From assembly GCA_018400015.1 (NCBI GenBank), contig JAGYNB010000002.1, positions 1-50,401 on the forward strand: DNA of 50,401 bases, read 5' to 3'. Below, piece by piece: positions 1-9,545 of the stretch. Made by a program: the position numbers and the translations under genes. The stretch is from Candidatus Omnitrophota bacterium. GTDB lineage: Bacteria > Omnitrophota > Gorgyraeia > Gygaellales > Gygaellaceae. The notes beneath the pieces were generated by a model. That model was not told where the DNA came from, did not search any database, and saw only the letters and a program-made list of their open reading frames with translations. The stretch's first letter is position 1. Each line of letters begins with the position of its first letter.

Positions 1-1
1 G

Positions 2-688
2 GAAATCGCCAGTAAGTTCGGAGTGTATGCGACATTCATGCCAAAGCCGATATTCGGCCAGAACGGCTCAGGCATGCATACTCACCAGTCATTGTTTAAA
101 GGCAGTAAAAACGCATTTTTTGATGCAGCTTCAGAAGACGGTCTTTCCGATGTGGCAAAACAATATATAGCAGGTTTGCTTAAGCATTCAAAGGAAATTT
201 GCTCTATCTTTGCCCAGACAACCAATTCATATAAAAGGTTAGTCCCCGGTTATGAAGCTCCCGTGTATGTTGCCTGGAGCAGAAGAAACAGAAGCGCTCT
301 TGTGAGAGTTCCTTTGTATCATCCAGGACAAGAAAAAGCCACGCGCTGTGAGTTCAGGGCATCTGATCCGGTGTGTAATCCGTATCTGACCTTTGCGGCA
401 ATGCTTCAGGCAGGGCTTGACGGTATTGAGAAAAAATACAAGGTGCCAAAACCAATGGAAACAAATCTCTACCACTTAACAGACGCAGAACGTAAAGAAC
501 GCGGCATTGATACTTTACCGGATAGCTTGGGGCATGCTGTTAGCCTTACGGAAAAAAGCGATTTGGTAAAAAGAACCTTTGGAGACCATATCTTTAGCAG
601 GTTCATTGAACTGAAGAAAAAAGAATGGGATGATTATAGGATTCAGGTGTCTGAGTACGAGTTGGATAAATACTTGTCAACCAGCTAA
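2..688 (+). CDS. glnA: Glutamine synthetase type I, C-terminal catalytic part (5' end lies outside the window)
   Basis: The frame is open from the window edge to TAA at 686-688. The translation EIASKFGVYATFMPKPIFGQNGSGMHTHQSLF...SYKRLVPGYEAP...NRSALVRVP...NPYL matches GS-I catalytic-domain motifs. Confidence 0.93.
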   Translation, partial: EIASKFGVYATFMPKPIFGQNGSGMHTHQSLFKGSKNAFFDAASEDGLSDVAKQYIAGLLKHSKEICSIFAQTTNSYKRLVPGYEAPVYVAWSRRNRSALVRVPLYHPGQEKATRCEFRASDPVCNPYLTFAAMLQAGLDGIEKKYKVPKPMETNLYHLTDAERKERGIDTLPDSLGHAVSLTEKSDLVKRTFGDHIFSRFIELKKKEWDDYRIQVSEYELDKYLSTS

Positions 689-699
689 AGCGCAGATAG

Positions 700-741
700 C
701 GTAGGCCCTGTGAAAAAAACCGGGCCTACGAAAATTTTTTG
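700..741 (+). terminator. Candidate rho-independent terminator after glnA
   Basis: A 9-bp GC-rich stem (cgtaggccc 700-708 pairing with gggcctacg 722-730) is followed by aaaa and then a T6 run at 735-740. Confidence 0.6.
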
Positions 742-770
742 TATTTTGATGCTTAAAAAATAGGCATTTT

Positions 771-995
771 ATGATTGATGAAATCAAGGAATTAATAGAC
801 AAGCAGTTTAATACCGTAGCCGATACGAGTATTTACGATAATATGATCGCAGTTATCGAAAAAGCGATTATCGTAAAAGCCCTGGAGCGTTCAAACGGCA
901 ACCAGATTGAAGCGGCAAAATTAATCGGCTTAAACCGTAATACGTTGCATAAGAAAATCGCCAAGTACCAAATTGACGTGGAGAGCTTTAAATGA
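771..995 (+). CDS. Small Fis/NtrC-C-terminal-type helix-turn-helix DNA-binding protein (74 aa)
   Basis: The motif ALERSNGNQIEAAKLIGLNRNTLHKKIAKYQI is a typical Fis-family (HTH_8) sequence. Its stop overlaps the gltB start (ATGA at 992-995). Confidence 0.7.
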   Translation: MIDEIKELIDKQFNTVADTSIYDNMIAVIEKAIIVKALERSNGNQIEAAKLIGLNRNTLHKKIAKYQIDVESFK

Positions 996-3900
996 AAAAC
1001 TTTTATGTTCCTAAAAAGCAAGGGCTTTACGACCCGGCATTTGAGCATGACAGCTGCGGCGTGGGTTTTGTTTGCGATATAAAAGGAAGAAAGTCTAATT
1101 CTATTATTCAAGATGCGCTCCAGGTTTTAAGGCGGCTTTCTCATCGCGGTGCAGTGGGAGCAGACCCTCTAACCGGAGACGGTGCAGGAATATTAATACA
1201 GATTCCGCATATTTTTTTAAAAAAGCAATGCGCTGATTTGGGCTTTGTTTTGCCGCAGGCCGGAAGCTATGGCGTCGGGCTTATATTTTTGCCGCAGGAC
1301 GAGCCGAATAGAAATTTATGTAAGCAGTTGGTAAAGGATATCGTTGAGCAGGAAAACCAGGTTTTAATCGGCTGGCGCGATGTAGCAATCGACAGCAGTG
1401 TAATTGGTAAAACCGCACAAAGCACAATGCCGTTTTTCTCCCAAGTGTTTATCGCAAAAAACGCTGATTTACCAGATTCAGCTTCTTTTGAAAGAAAACT
1501 TTATGTGATCAGAAGGCAAATAGAAAAAGCAGTATCAACCGGTGATATTCCCCAAAAAGAATCTTTTTATATTACCAACCTATCCGCTAAGACGTTGATT
1601 TATAAGGGCCTTTTGATGCCGCATCAGCTTGGACAGTTTTTTATTGACTTAAAAGATAAGTCTTTAGAGAGCGCTTTATGTTTGGTGCATTCTCGTTACA
1701 GCACGAATACTTTTCCTACGTGGGATTTATCTCAGCCGTTTCGTTATTTGGCGCATAACGGGGAGATCAATACCCTGCGCGGTAATATTAACTGGATGAG
1801 GGCGAGAGAACGCCTTTTAGCGAGCAGTCTTTTTGGCGCTGACATTGAAAAAATAAAACCGATTATCGTCGAAGGTAAAAGTGATTCAGCGGTAATCGAT
1901 AACGTGTTTGAACTCTTGGTTTTATCGGGAAGGAGTTTAGAACATGCGATGACTATGCTTATTCCTCCAGCTTTCTTAAGCGATAAGGAAATGGACCAGA
2001 GCTTAAAGGACTTTTACCAGTATCACGCATGCATTATGGAGCCCTGGGACGGTCCGGCTGCAATCGCATTAACCGATGGCGATAGCGTTGCTGCTATTTT
2101 AGACAGAAACGGCCTGCGTCCAGCGCGTTATATTGTCACAAAAGATGATTGTGTGGTTATGGCATCAGAAGTGGGGGTGTTGGATATCGCACCAGAAAGA
2201 ATAAAGACCTGCGGCAGGCTGGAACCGGGAAAAATATTTTTTATTGATACCAAAAATGCTTTGATAATTAGTGATGCACAGCTTAAGCAGAAAATCGCCC
2301 AGAAGAATCCTTACGGTGCGTGGCTAAAAGAAAGCCTTGTGGATTTAAATAAACTCGTGGCAACAGGTACAAAAGTAGATGCAGGAAGCGATATTGTTAA
2401 GAAAATGAAAGCCTTTGGTTATACCAGGGAAGATTTAAAGTTCATTATAAAACCAATGGCTATAGACGCCAAGGAGCCTGTTGGTTCAATGGGATGTGAT
2501 ATTCCGCATGCGTTTCTCTCTCGCAAGCCGCAGGTTTTATTTAACTATTTTAAGCAACTCTTTGCTCAGGTTACCAACCCGGCAATAGATTCAATCAGGG
2601 AAAAACTTGTGATGAGCATGACCAGCTATATCGGCCCGGAGAAAAACATCCTTGAGGAAAGTTCCCTGCACTGCCATAAATTAAAGTTAAATAACTCTAT
2701 ACTTGATAACGAGCAGTTTGAGAAAATCCGCGATATAAGCATTAATGGTTTTAAGACAAAAACAATATACACATTTTTTGATTACGTAAGCGGCAATCAG
2801 GGTTTTGAAAATGCTTTGGAAAGAATCTGTTTTGAGGCAGAGTACGCCATTGAAAAAGGGTATTCTTTTATTGTCTTAAGCGATAAAGGCGCAGATAAAG
2901 ACAATGTTGCCTTACCGTCTCTATTGGCGGTGAGTGCTGTGCATCAGTACCTGGTTAAGAAAACCATACGTTCTCAAGTTGCGATTATTGTCGAAAGCGC
3001 AGAACCCAGGGAAGTGCATCATATGGCTTTACTTTTCGGCTACGGTGCAGACTGTGTTAATCCCTATTTTGTTTATGAAGTCATGGATTATCTAAAAAAA
3101 GAAAATGAGCTTAACCTTGATTATAAAAGGTGCGTTGAAAACTATAACAAGGCTTTAACTATCGGGATTTTAAAGATTCTTTCTAAGATGGGGATCTCTA
3201 CTTTAAGAAGCTACCGCGGAGCGCAGATTTTTGAGGCAGTTGGGTTAAGCGCTTCAATGGTCGAAAAGTATTTTACCAATACGCCTTCGCGTCTGGAGGG
3301 ATTGGCGTTAGGGCAAATCGCTGATGAAACGCTTACGCGCCATACGCAGGCCTATTATGCGCGTTATGAAACCGAACCCGTATTAGATTCTGGCGGAGTA
3401 TACCAGTGGAAAAAAGACGGCGAGTTCCATTTGTGGAACCCGAGTACAATCGCTTTGTTGCAAGATGCAACGCGCGCCAACGATTATAATAAATACAAGG
3501 AATTTGCAGGCTTAATAAACGACCAGTCAGCTAATCCCACGACTTTAAGAAGCTTACTGAAGTTTAAGCACGCTGAGAGCATTCCTTTGTCCGAGGTTGA
3601 GCCAAAAGAAGAAATCATGAAGCGTTTTGTTACCGGCGCAATGAGTTTTGGTTCTATTAGTAGACTTGCCCATGAGACAATCGCTATTGCCTTAAATAGA
3701 ATTAAGGGCAAATCTAATACCGGTGAAGGCGGAGAAGACCCGAATAGGTTTATTCCTCTTCCTAACGGCGATTCAAGAAGAAGTGCAATCAAGCAGGTTG
3801 CATCAGGCAGATTCGGCGTGACTATAAATTATCTGGTTAATGCTGATGAAATTCAGATAAAGATCGCCCAAGGAGCAAAGCCAGGCGAAGGCGGACAATT

Positions 3901-5521
3901 GCCCGGACATAAGGTTAGTGAAGCTATTGCCAGAACTAGATACACTACTCCCGGAGTAACACTTATATCGCCGCCGCCGCACCATGATATCTATTCGATT
4001 GAAGACTTAGCACAGCTTATATTCGACTTAAAAAACGCCAATCCCAAAGCGCGCATAAGCGTAAAGCTTGTTTCGGAAGTGGGCGTGGGCACTGTTGCAG
4101 CAGGCGTTGCCAAAGGTCATGCGGATATGATTTTGATTTCCGCAGGAGACGGCGGCACAGGGGCTTCTCCGAGAAGTTCAATTAGACATGCAGGCCTGCC
4201 CTGGGAACTGGGTTTATCAGAAACACACCAGACGCTTGTTTTGAATAACTTGCGTTCCAGGGTAACACTACAGACAGACGGGCAATTGCGTACGGGAAAA
4301 GACGTGGCAGTGGCCGCACTTTTAGGCGCGCAGGAATTTGGTTTTTGTACTGCAGTTTTGATTGTCATCGGCTGTGTCATGCTCAGGCATTGCCATTTGA
4401 ATAATTGCTCTGTGGGAGTAGCCACACAAGATGAGATCTTACAAAAAAGGTTCTCTGGAAGAGTAGAGTATATAGTTAATTATTTTAATTTTGTAACCGA
4501 TGAGCTCAGGGAAATCATGGCGCAACTTGGCGTAAGGACGATTGAAGAGATGGTGGGCAGAACCGATTTGCTCGAGCTTGATAATGGAATCCTTCCGGAA
4601 AAAGCAAAAGGGGTGGATTATTCTAAGATCCTTTATAGGCCAGAAGTTGTACAGGGGTTTAATGCAATTGATAAACAAAATAACATTTTAAATGCTGATT
4701 TATTAGATAAAAGACTTACCAAGGCTTTTGAAGTTAGCTTAAAAACTAAACAGAAGCAAAAATCAGAATTTAAAATCACAAATACAGACAGGGCTACTGG
4801 GGCGATGTTAAGCTCTGAGGTTATAAAGAATTGCGGTGAAGGCATGCTGTTAGAAGATACGATACATTGCCATTTTAAGGGAATCGCCGGCCAGAGCTTC
4901 GGGGCATTTTTAGCAAAAGGTATAACCTTTGAACTTGAAGGGATGTGCAATGATTATGTGGGAAAAGGTATTTCCGGAGGAAAAATCATAATTTATCCTG
5001 ATAAAAAAGCTGATTTTATTGCAGAAGACAATATTATTATCGGCAATACCTCATTTTACGGAGCGATTGCCGGAGAAGCATATGTAAACGGAATTGCCGG
5101 AGAAAGATTTTGCGTGAGGAATTCCGGGCTTTACGCTGTTGTCGAAGGCGTGGGCGACCACGGCTGTGAATACATGACTGGCGGCAGAGTCATTGTATTA
5201 GGCAGAACCGGAAAGAACTTTGCAGCGGGCATGTCTGGCGGCATTGCCTATGTCTATGATTTTGATCATAAATTTAACAAAAACTGCAATACAGACATGG
5301 TGGTATTAGAACCTGTCAAGGAGCAGGATAAGGATACGATCGTTCATTTGTTGGAGAATCACTATAAATATACAAAAAGCAAAAAAGCAAAATTTATAAT
5401 CGATAATATGTCTGAAGAAGTTAAAAGGTTCATTAAAGTAATTCCTTTGGAGTATAAGCGTATTTTAGACGGCGTGGTTATTGAAGAAAAACTAGACATT
5501 ACGGAGGAATCCGATGGGTGA
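992..5521 (+). CDS. gltB: Glutamate synthase (GOGAT) large subunit
   Basis: 1509 aa. It has the N-terminal Ntn amidotransferase Cys (DSCGVGFV), an FMN/FeS central domain and the C-terminal GXGXG beta-helix domain (GQSFGAF...GDHGCEYMTGG). Confidence 0.97.
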   Translation: MKNFYVPKKQGLYDPAFEHDSCGVGFVCDIKGRKSNSIIQDALQVLRRLSHRGAVGADPLTGDGAGILIQIPHIFLKKQCADLGFVLPQAGSYGVGLIFLPQDEPNRNLCKQLVKDIVEQENQVLIGWRDVAIDSSVIGKTAQSTMPFFSQVFIAKNADLPDSASFERKLYVIRRQIEKAVSTGDIPQKESFYITNLSAKTLIYKGLLMPHQLGQFFIDLKDKSLESALCLVHSRYSTNTFPTWDLSQPFRYLAHNGEINTLRGNINWMRARERLLASSLFGADIEKIKPIIVEGKSDSAVIDNVFELLVLSGRSLEHAMTMLIPPAFLSDKEMDQSLKDFYQYHACIMEPWDGPAAIALTDGDSVAAILDRNGLRPARYIVTKDDCVVMASEVGVLDIAPERIKTCGRLEPGKIFFIDTKNALIISDAQLKQKIAQKNPYGAWLKESLVDLNKLVATGTKVDAGSDIVKKMKAFGYTREDLKFIIKPMAIDAKEPVGSMGCDIPHAFLSRKPQVLFNYFKQLFAQVTNPAIDSIREKLVMSMTSYIGPEKNILEESSLHCHKLKLNNSILDNEQFEKIRDISINGFKTKTIYTFFDYVSGNQGFENALERICFEAEYAIEKGYSFIVLSDKGADKDNVALPSLLAVSAVHQYLVKKTIRSQVAIIVESAEPREVHHMALLFGYGADCVNPYFVYEVMDYLKKENELNLDYKRCVENYNKALTIGILKILSKMGISTLRSYRGAQIFEAVGLSASMVEKYFTNTPSRLEGLALGQIADETLTRHTQAYYARYETEPVLDSGGVYQWKKDGEFHLWNPSTIALLQDATRANDYNKYKEFAGLINDQSANPTTLRSLLKFKHAESIPLSEVEPKEEIMKRFVTGAMSFGSISRLAHETIAIALNRIKGKSNTGEGGEDPNRFIPLPNGDSRRSAIKQVASGRFGVTINYLVNADEIQIKIAQGAKPGEGGQLPGHKVSEAIARTRYTTPGVTLISPPPHHDIYSIEDLAQLIFDLKNANPKARISVKLVSEVGVGTVAAGVAKGHADMILISAGDGGTGASPRSSIRHAGLPWELGLSETHQTLVLNNLRSRVTLQTDGQLRTGKDVAVAALLGAQEFGFCTAVLIVIGCVMLRHCHLNNCSVGVATQDEILQKRFSGRVEYIVNYFNFVTDELREIMAQLGVRTIEEMVGRTDLLELDNGILPEKAKGVDYSKILYRPEVVQGFNAIDKQNNILNADLLDKRLTKAFEVSLKTKQKQKSEFKITNTDRATGAMLSSEVIKNCGEGMLLEDTIHCHFKGIAGQSFGAFLAKGITFELEGMCNDYVGKGISGGKIIIYPDKKADFIAEDNIIIGNTSFYGAIAGEAYVNGIAGERFCVRNSGLYAVVEGVGDHGCEYMTGGRVIVLGRTGKNFAAGMSGGIAYVYDFDHKFNKNCNTDMVVLEPVKEQDKDTIVHLLENHYKYTKSKKAKFIIDNMSEEVKRFIKVIPLEYKRILDGVVIEEKLDITEESDG

Positions 5522-6956
5522 TGCAAGAGGATTTTTAAAAACCCCCAGGCAGCAGGCAAAGTATAGGCCAATAAAAGAGCGCATCAAGGACTATAAGGAT
5601 GTTGTTTCTTTGCGCGAAGAACGCCTTAGTAAAGAACAGGCCTCTCGCTGTATGGACTGCGGCACGCCATTTTGCCACGGGAGTTGTCCATTGGGCAACT
5701 ATATTCCTGAGTGGAATGACTTTTTATTCCATGGGAATTGGCATAGGGCATTAAAACTTTTAGAGGATACTAATAATCTGTCTGAAGTTACCGGAAGGGT
5801 CTGCCCGGCATTATGTGAATATTCATGCGTATTGGCTTTAAATAGCGATGCCGTTACCATACGTGAAAACGAGCTTTCCATAATCGAGTTTGGTTTTAAA
5901 AATAATCTCATCAGGCCTAAAAAGATAACCCATAGAACCGGTAAGAAGGTTGCCGTTGTTGGTTCCGGGCCTGCTGGACTTAGCTGTGCAGTTCAGCTTA
6001 ATAGAGCCGGCCACAGCGTAACAATATTTGAGCGAGACCAAAACCCCGGGGGGATCCTGCGTTATGGAATACCCGATTTTAAGCTTGAAAAACACTTGCT
6101 CGATAGAAGAATAGCTGTTTGGAAAAAAGAAGGCATTGCATTTAAAACAGGCATTGATATAGGCAAAGGTTACAAAACGGAAAAACTGCTAGAGGATTTC
6201 GATGTGGTTTGTCTTTGCTGTGGTTCGCGCGTCCCAAGGGATATCAATATTGAAGGCAGAAATCTAAAAGGCATACATTTTGCCATGGATTATCTTATCC
6301 AGTCAAACAAAAGAGTATCAAAAGAATCCTTGGCAAATGAAGTTGCTATTGATACAAAAGGAAAAAATGTTGTGGTTATCGGCGGCGGCGATACAGGCTC
6401 TGATTGCGTGGGCACAGCCAACAGACAAGATGCAGCCAGAGTCATCCAGATTGAGATTATGCCGCGGCCAGCTGAGTGTAGGACTAAAGATTACCCCTGG
6501 CCGGGCTATCCGATGATTTTAAAAAATACTTCAAGCCACGAGGAGGGAAGCGTGCGTGATTGGTCTGTTTTAACCAAGTGTTTTTTAGGCGAAAATGGAA
6601 GTTTGAAAAAACTCTGCTGTGTGCGTGTTGAATTCGTAAAAGAAAATTCATCTTGCCCTGTGATGCGCGAGGTCGCAGGCAGTGAATTCGAAATTGAAGC
6701 AGACCTTGCAATCATTGCAGCCGGGTTTTTGCACACGCAGCATGACGGGTTAGTTAAAGAGCTTGATTTGAAACTTGATAAGCGTGGTAACATAGAAACT
6801 GACTTTAGTTATATGAGTTCAAGAGAAAAAGTTTTCTCAGCAGGAGACATGCGCAGGGGCCAGTCTTTGGTCGTCTGGGCAATTGCAGAAGGCAGAAATT
6901 GTGCCCATTATATCGATAAGTACTTGATGGGTGAAAGCAGTTTGCCGCTTACTTAA
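5514..6956 (+). CDS. gltD: Glutamate synthase small subunit (NAD(P)H-dependent)
   Basis: The protein has FeS Cys clusters (CMDCGTPFC, CPALCEYSC) and two dinucleotide folds (VAVVGSGPAGLSCA, VVVIGGGDTGSDC). A GGAGG Shine-Dalgarno sits at 5504-5508. The gene overlaps gltB by 8 nt. Confidence 0.95.
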   Translation: MGDARGFLKTPRQQAKYRPIKERIKDYKDVVSLREERLSKEQASRCMDCGTPFCHGSCPLGNYIPEWNDFLFHGNWHRALKLLEDTNNLSEVTGRVCPALCEYSCVLALNSDAVTIRENELSIIEFGFKNNLIRPKKITHRTGKKVAVVGSGPAGLSCAVQLNRAGHSVTIFERDQNPGGILRYGIPDFKLEKHLLDRRIAVWKKEGIAFKTGIDIGKGYKTEKLLEDFDVVCLCCGSRVPRDINIEGRNLKGIHFAMDYLIQSNKRVSKESLANEVAIDTKGKNVVVIGGGDTGSDCVGTANRQDAARVIQIEIMPRPAECRTKDYPWPGYPMILKNTSSHEEGSVRDWSVLTKCFLGENGSLKKLCCVRVEFVKENSSCPVMREVAGSEFEIEADLAIIAAGFLHTQHDGLVKELDLKLDKRGNIETDFSYMSSREKVFSAGDMRRGQSLVVWAIAEGRNCAHYIDKYLMGESSLPLT

Positions 6957-6968
6957 AAGGATATAGCC

Positions 6969-9545
6969 ATGATAAGCACAGGAATTAAAGGGCTTGATAA
7001 GATACTCACCGGTTTAAGAACCGGCGACAATGTCGTCTGGCAGGTGGATGACATAAAAGACTATATGGAACTGGTTAAGCCTTTTGTCGATGAGGCGCTG
7101 CGAAATAAGAAAAAAGTGATTTATTTCCGCTTTGCAACGCATAAAGAATTGTTGAAAAAAAGCGATAAGATTAAACGCTTTGAGCTTAATCCTTATGTTG
7201 GTTTTGAGACATTTACCGCAAAGATAAACCGGATTATTGCCCATGAAGGAGTTGGCGTCTATTACGTGTTCGATTGTTTAACGCAGCTACTTGATGCATG
7301 GGCAAGCGATTTGATGATCGGAAACTTCTTTTTGGTAACTTGCCCTTACCTTTATGAATTAAAGACAGTTACGTATTTTTCCATAATGCGCAACAACCAT
7401 TCGTTTAAATCCATTGCTCTTATTCGTGAAACTACACAGCTTTTGGTTGACGTATACCACTGTGAAAAGATGACCTATGTCCATCCTCTGAAGGTCTGGA
7501 ATAGGTATTCACCTACGATGTTTCTGCCGCATCAGAAGAAGAAAAATGACTGTATCCCAATAACCAACAGCGTAAACGCAGCAAAGATACTTTCTTATAT
7601 CCATGAAAAAGGCGCAGATAACGCCAAGAGAAACCTAGACTATTGGGACAGGTTGTTTTTGGAGGCGGAAAGTTTAATCGATAAAAGCAATTCTAAGGCG
7701 AAGTTTAAAAAGACGCTGGAGAAGCTATCTAACATTATGATTTCCAAGAATAAGAAAATTCTTTCATTAATCCTGAAATATTTCTCGCTTGAAGAGTTAA
7801 TAGATATAAAAACCAGGCTTATCGGAACCGGTTTTATCGGCGGAAAAAGCGTAGGCATGCTTTTAGCGCGCAAGATTCTTTCAGATGATAAAACCCTTAA
7901 TTGGGATAAGGTCTGCGAAGAGCATGATTCTTTCTATATCGGCTCAGATATTTTTTATTCTTATATTGTTCAGAATAAGCTTTGGAAACTTCATCTAGAG
8001 CAAAAAACAGAGAAAGGTTATTTTGAAACAGCGAAAATATTGCGTGAGAAAATGCTTTACGGCGTTTTTAGCGACGAGATCATGGAGCAGTTTCAGCAGA
8101 TTATCGAGTATTTTGGTTCTTCGCCGATTATAATTCGTTCCAGTTCGCTTTTAGAAGACAGTTTTGGCAATGCCTTTGCCGGAAAGTATGAAAGCATATT
8201 TTTAGCCAACCAGGGGACTCCGGAGCAGAGGTATATCCAGTTTGCCGAGGCAGTGAAAAAAATCTATGCCAGCACAATGAACGAAGATGCGCTTACGTAT
8301 AGAAAACAGCGAAACCTGCACAAGCTTGATGAGCAGATGGCCTTACTTGTGCAGCGCGTTTCCGGAGCGCACCATAAGGAGTATTTCTTTCCTGACATAG
8401 CCGGAGTGGGAGTATCTTTTAACACCTATGTCTGGAATGAGAATATGAATCCTGGTTCTGGGATGCTACGGATGGTTTTTGGTATGGGCACAAGGGCAGT
8501 TAACCGCGTGGAAGGAGATTATCCGATAATGGTTGCTCTGGATGAACCGCTAAGAAGGCCGTATTTGGAAAAAGAAGACTATCGGAAATTTTCCCAGCAT
8601 GAGGTTGATGTTATAAACACAAGAGCGAATGATTTCCAGACAATTGATTTTAATAGTATAATCAGTGGAAATATTTACGATAATCCAGAGCGTGTGGCAG
8701 TTAAAGATTACGAAGCGATAAAGCTGATGAAGGAAAAGTCAGCTAAAAATAAGGATTATTGGATTTTAACTTTGGACAACTTGTTTAAAGAAAATACGTT
8801 AAGCGATTATTTCAAGAAAATATTAAATGTATTGGATAAAACATATGATTATCCCGTAGAGATAGAATTTACCGTGAATTTTACAGACAAGGAAAATTTT
8901 AAGATAAACCTCTTGCAGTGCAGGCCATTACAGACAAAGGGTCTTGGTTTTAAGGTGCAGATACCCGATGATATAGATAATAAAGATACAATATTTAATT
9001 CATTTGGTTATTTTTTAGGCGGCAATGTACAGCAGAAGATCGGGCAGATTATTTACGTTGACCCCAAAAAATACACTGGCCTTAACCTGCAGGATAAGCA
9101 TGAAGTAGCAAGAATTATTGGACACCTAAATAGGAATATAAATACTAAAGGTAATGTTTCAACTTTTTTATTCGGGCCAGGCAGATGGGGCACAACTACC
9201 CCTTCATTGGGTGTTCCGGTAAGGTTCGCGGAAATAAACAATATCACTGCTTTAGCTGAAATTGCCTTTAGCGAGGGCAATCTTATGCCGGAATTATCCT
9301 TTGGAACACATTTTTTCCAGGATCTTGTAGAAACAGGTATTTTTTACGTAGCATTGTTTCCGGAAAAAGAGGATGTGTTTATCAATTACGATTGGATGGG
9401 TAAAAAAACTAACCTGTTCGAAAAACTTTTGCCGGAATCAGGTAGGTTTAAAGACGTAATCAGCGTGTTTGATACAAAGTGTGATAATTTGATGTTAATG
9501 TCCGATGTGGTTTCACAGAAAGTAACGTGTTTTAAGTCTCAATGA
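6969..9545 (+). CDS. Uncharacterised 858-aa protein: a KaiC/RecA-like N-domain lacking a Walker A loop, fused to a PEP/pyruvate-binding ATP-grasp domain of the PpsA/PPDK type
   Basis: The N-terminus GIKGLDKILTGLRTGDNVVWQVDD resembles the KaiC/RadA start but has no GxxGxGKT motif. The central part has PPDK_N-like motifs FIGGKSVGMLLARKIL, IIIRSSSLLEDSFGNAFAGKYESI and MALLVQRV. I found no TSHAA-type phosphohistidine motif. Confidence 0.7.
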   Translation: MISTGIKGLDKILTGLRTGDNVVWQVDDIKDYMELVKPFVDEALRNKKKVIYFRFATHKELLKKSDKIKRFELNPYVGFETFTAKINRIIAHEGVGVYYVFDCLTQLLDAWASDLMIGNFFLVTCPYLYELKTVTYFSIMRNNHSFKSIALIRETTQLLVDVYHCEKMTYVHPLKVWNRYSPTMFLPHQKKKNDCIPITNSVNAAKILSYIHEKGADNAKRNLDYWDRLFLEAESLIDKSNSKAKFKKTLEKLSNIMISKNKKILSLILKYFSLEELIDIKTRLIGTGFIGGKSVGMLLARKILSDDKTLNWDKVCEEHDSFYIGSDIFYSYIVQNKLWKLHLEQKTEKGYFETAKILREKMLYGVFSDEIMEQFQQIIEYFGSSPIIIRSSSLLEDSFGNAFAGKYESIFLANQGTPEQRYIQFAEAVKKIYASTMNEDALTYRKQRNLHKLDEQMALLVQRVSGAHHKEYFFPDIAGVGVSFNTYVWNENMNPGSGMLRMVFGMGTRAVNRVEGDYPIMVALDEPLRRPYLEKEDYRKFSQHEVDVINTRANDFQTIDFNSIISGNIYDNPERVAVKDYEAIKLMKEKSAKNKDYWILTLDNLFKENTLSDYFKKILNVLDKTYDYPVEIEFTVNFTDKENFKINLLQCRPLQTKGLGFKVQIPDDIDNKDTIFNSFGYFLGGNVQQKIGQIIYVDPKKYTGLNLQDKHEVARIIGHLNRNINTKGNVSTFLFGPGRWGTTTPSLGVPVRFAEINNITALAEIAFSEGNLMPELSFGTHFFQDLVETGIFYVALFPEKEDVFINYDWMGKKTNLFEKLLPESGRFKDVISVFDTKCDNLMLMSDVVSQKVTCFKSQ

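Noticed and set aside
689-770. A sigma54 (-24 GG / -12 GC) promoter upstream of the HTH-gltBD unit, expected for nitrogen genes.
   Set aside because: No TGGCAC-N5-TTGC-like element is visible in the spacer. Only AT-rich sequence follows the terminator.
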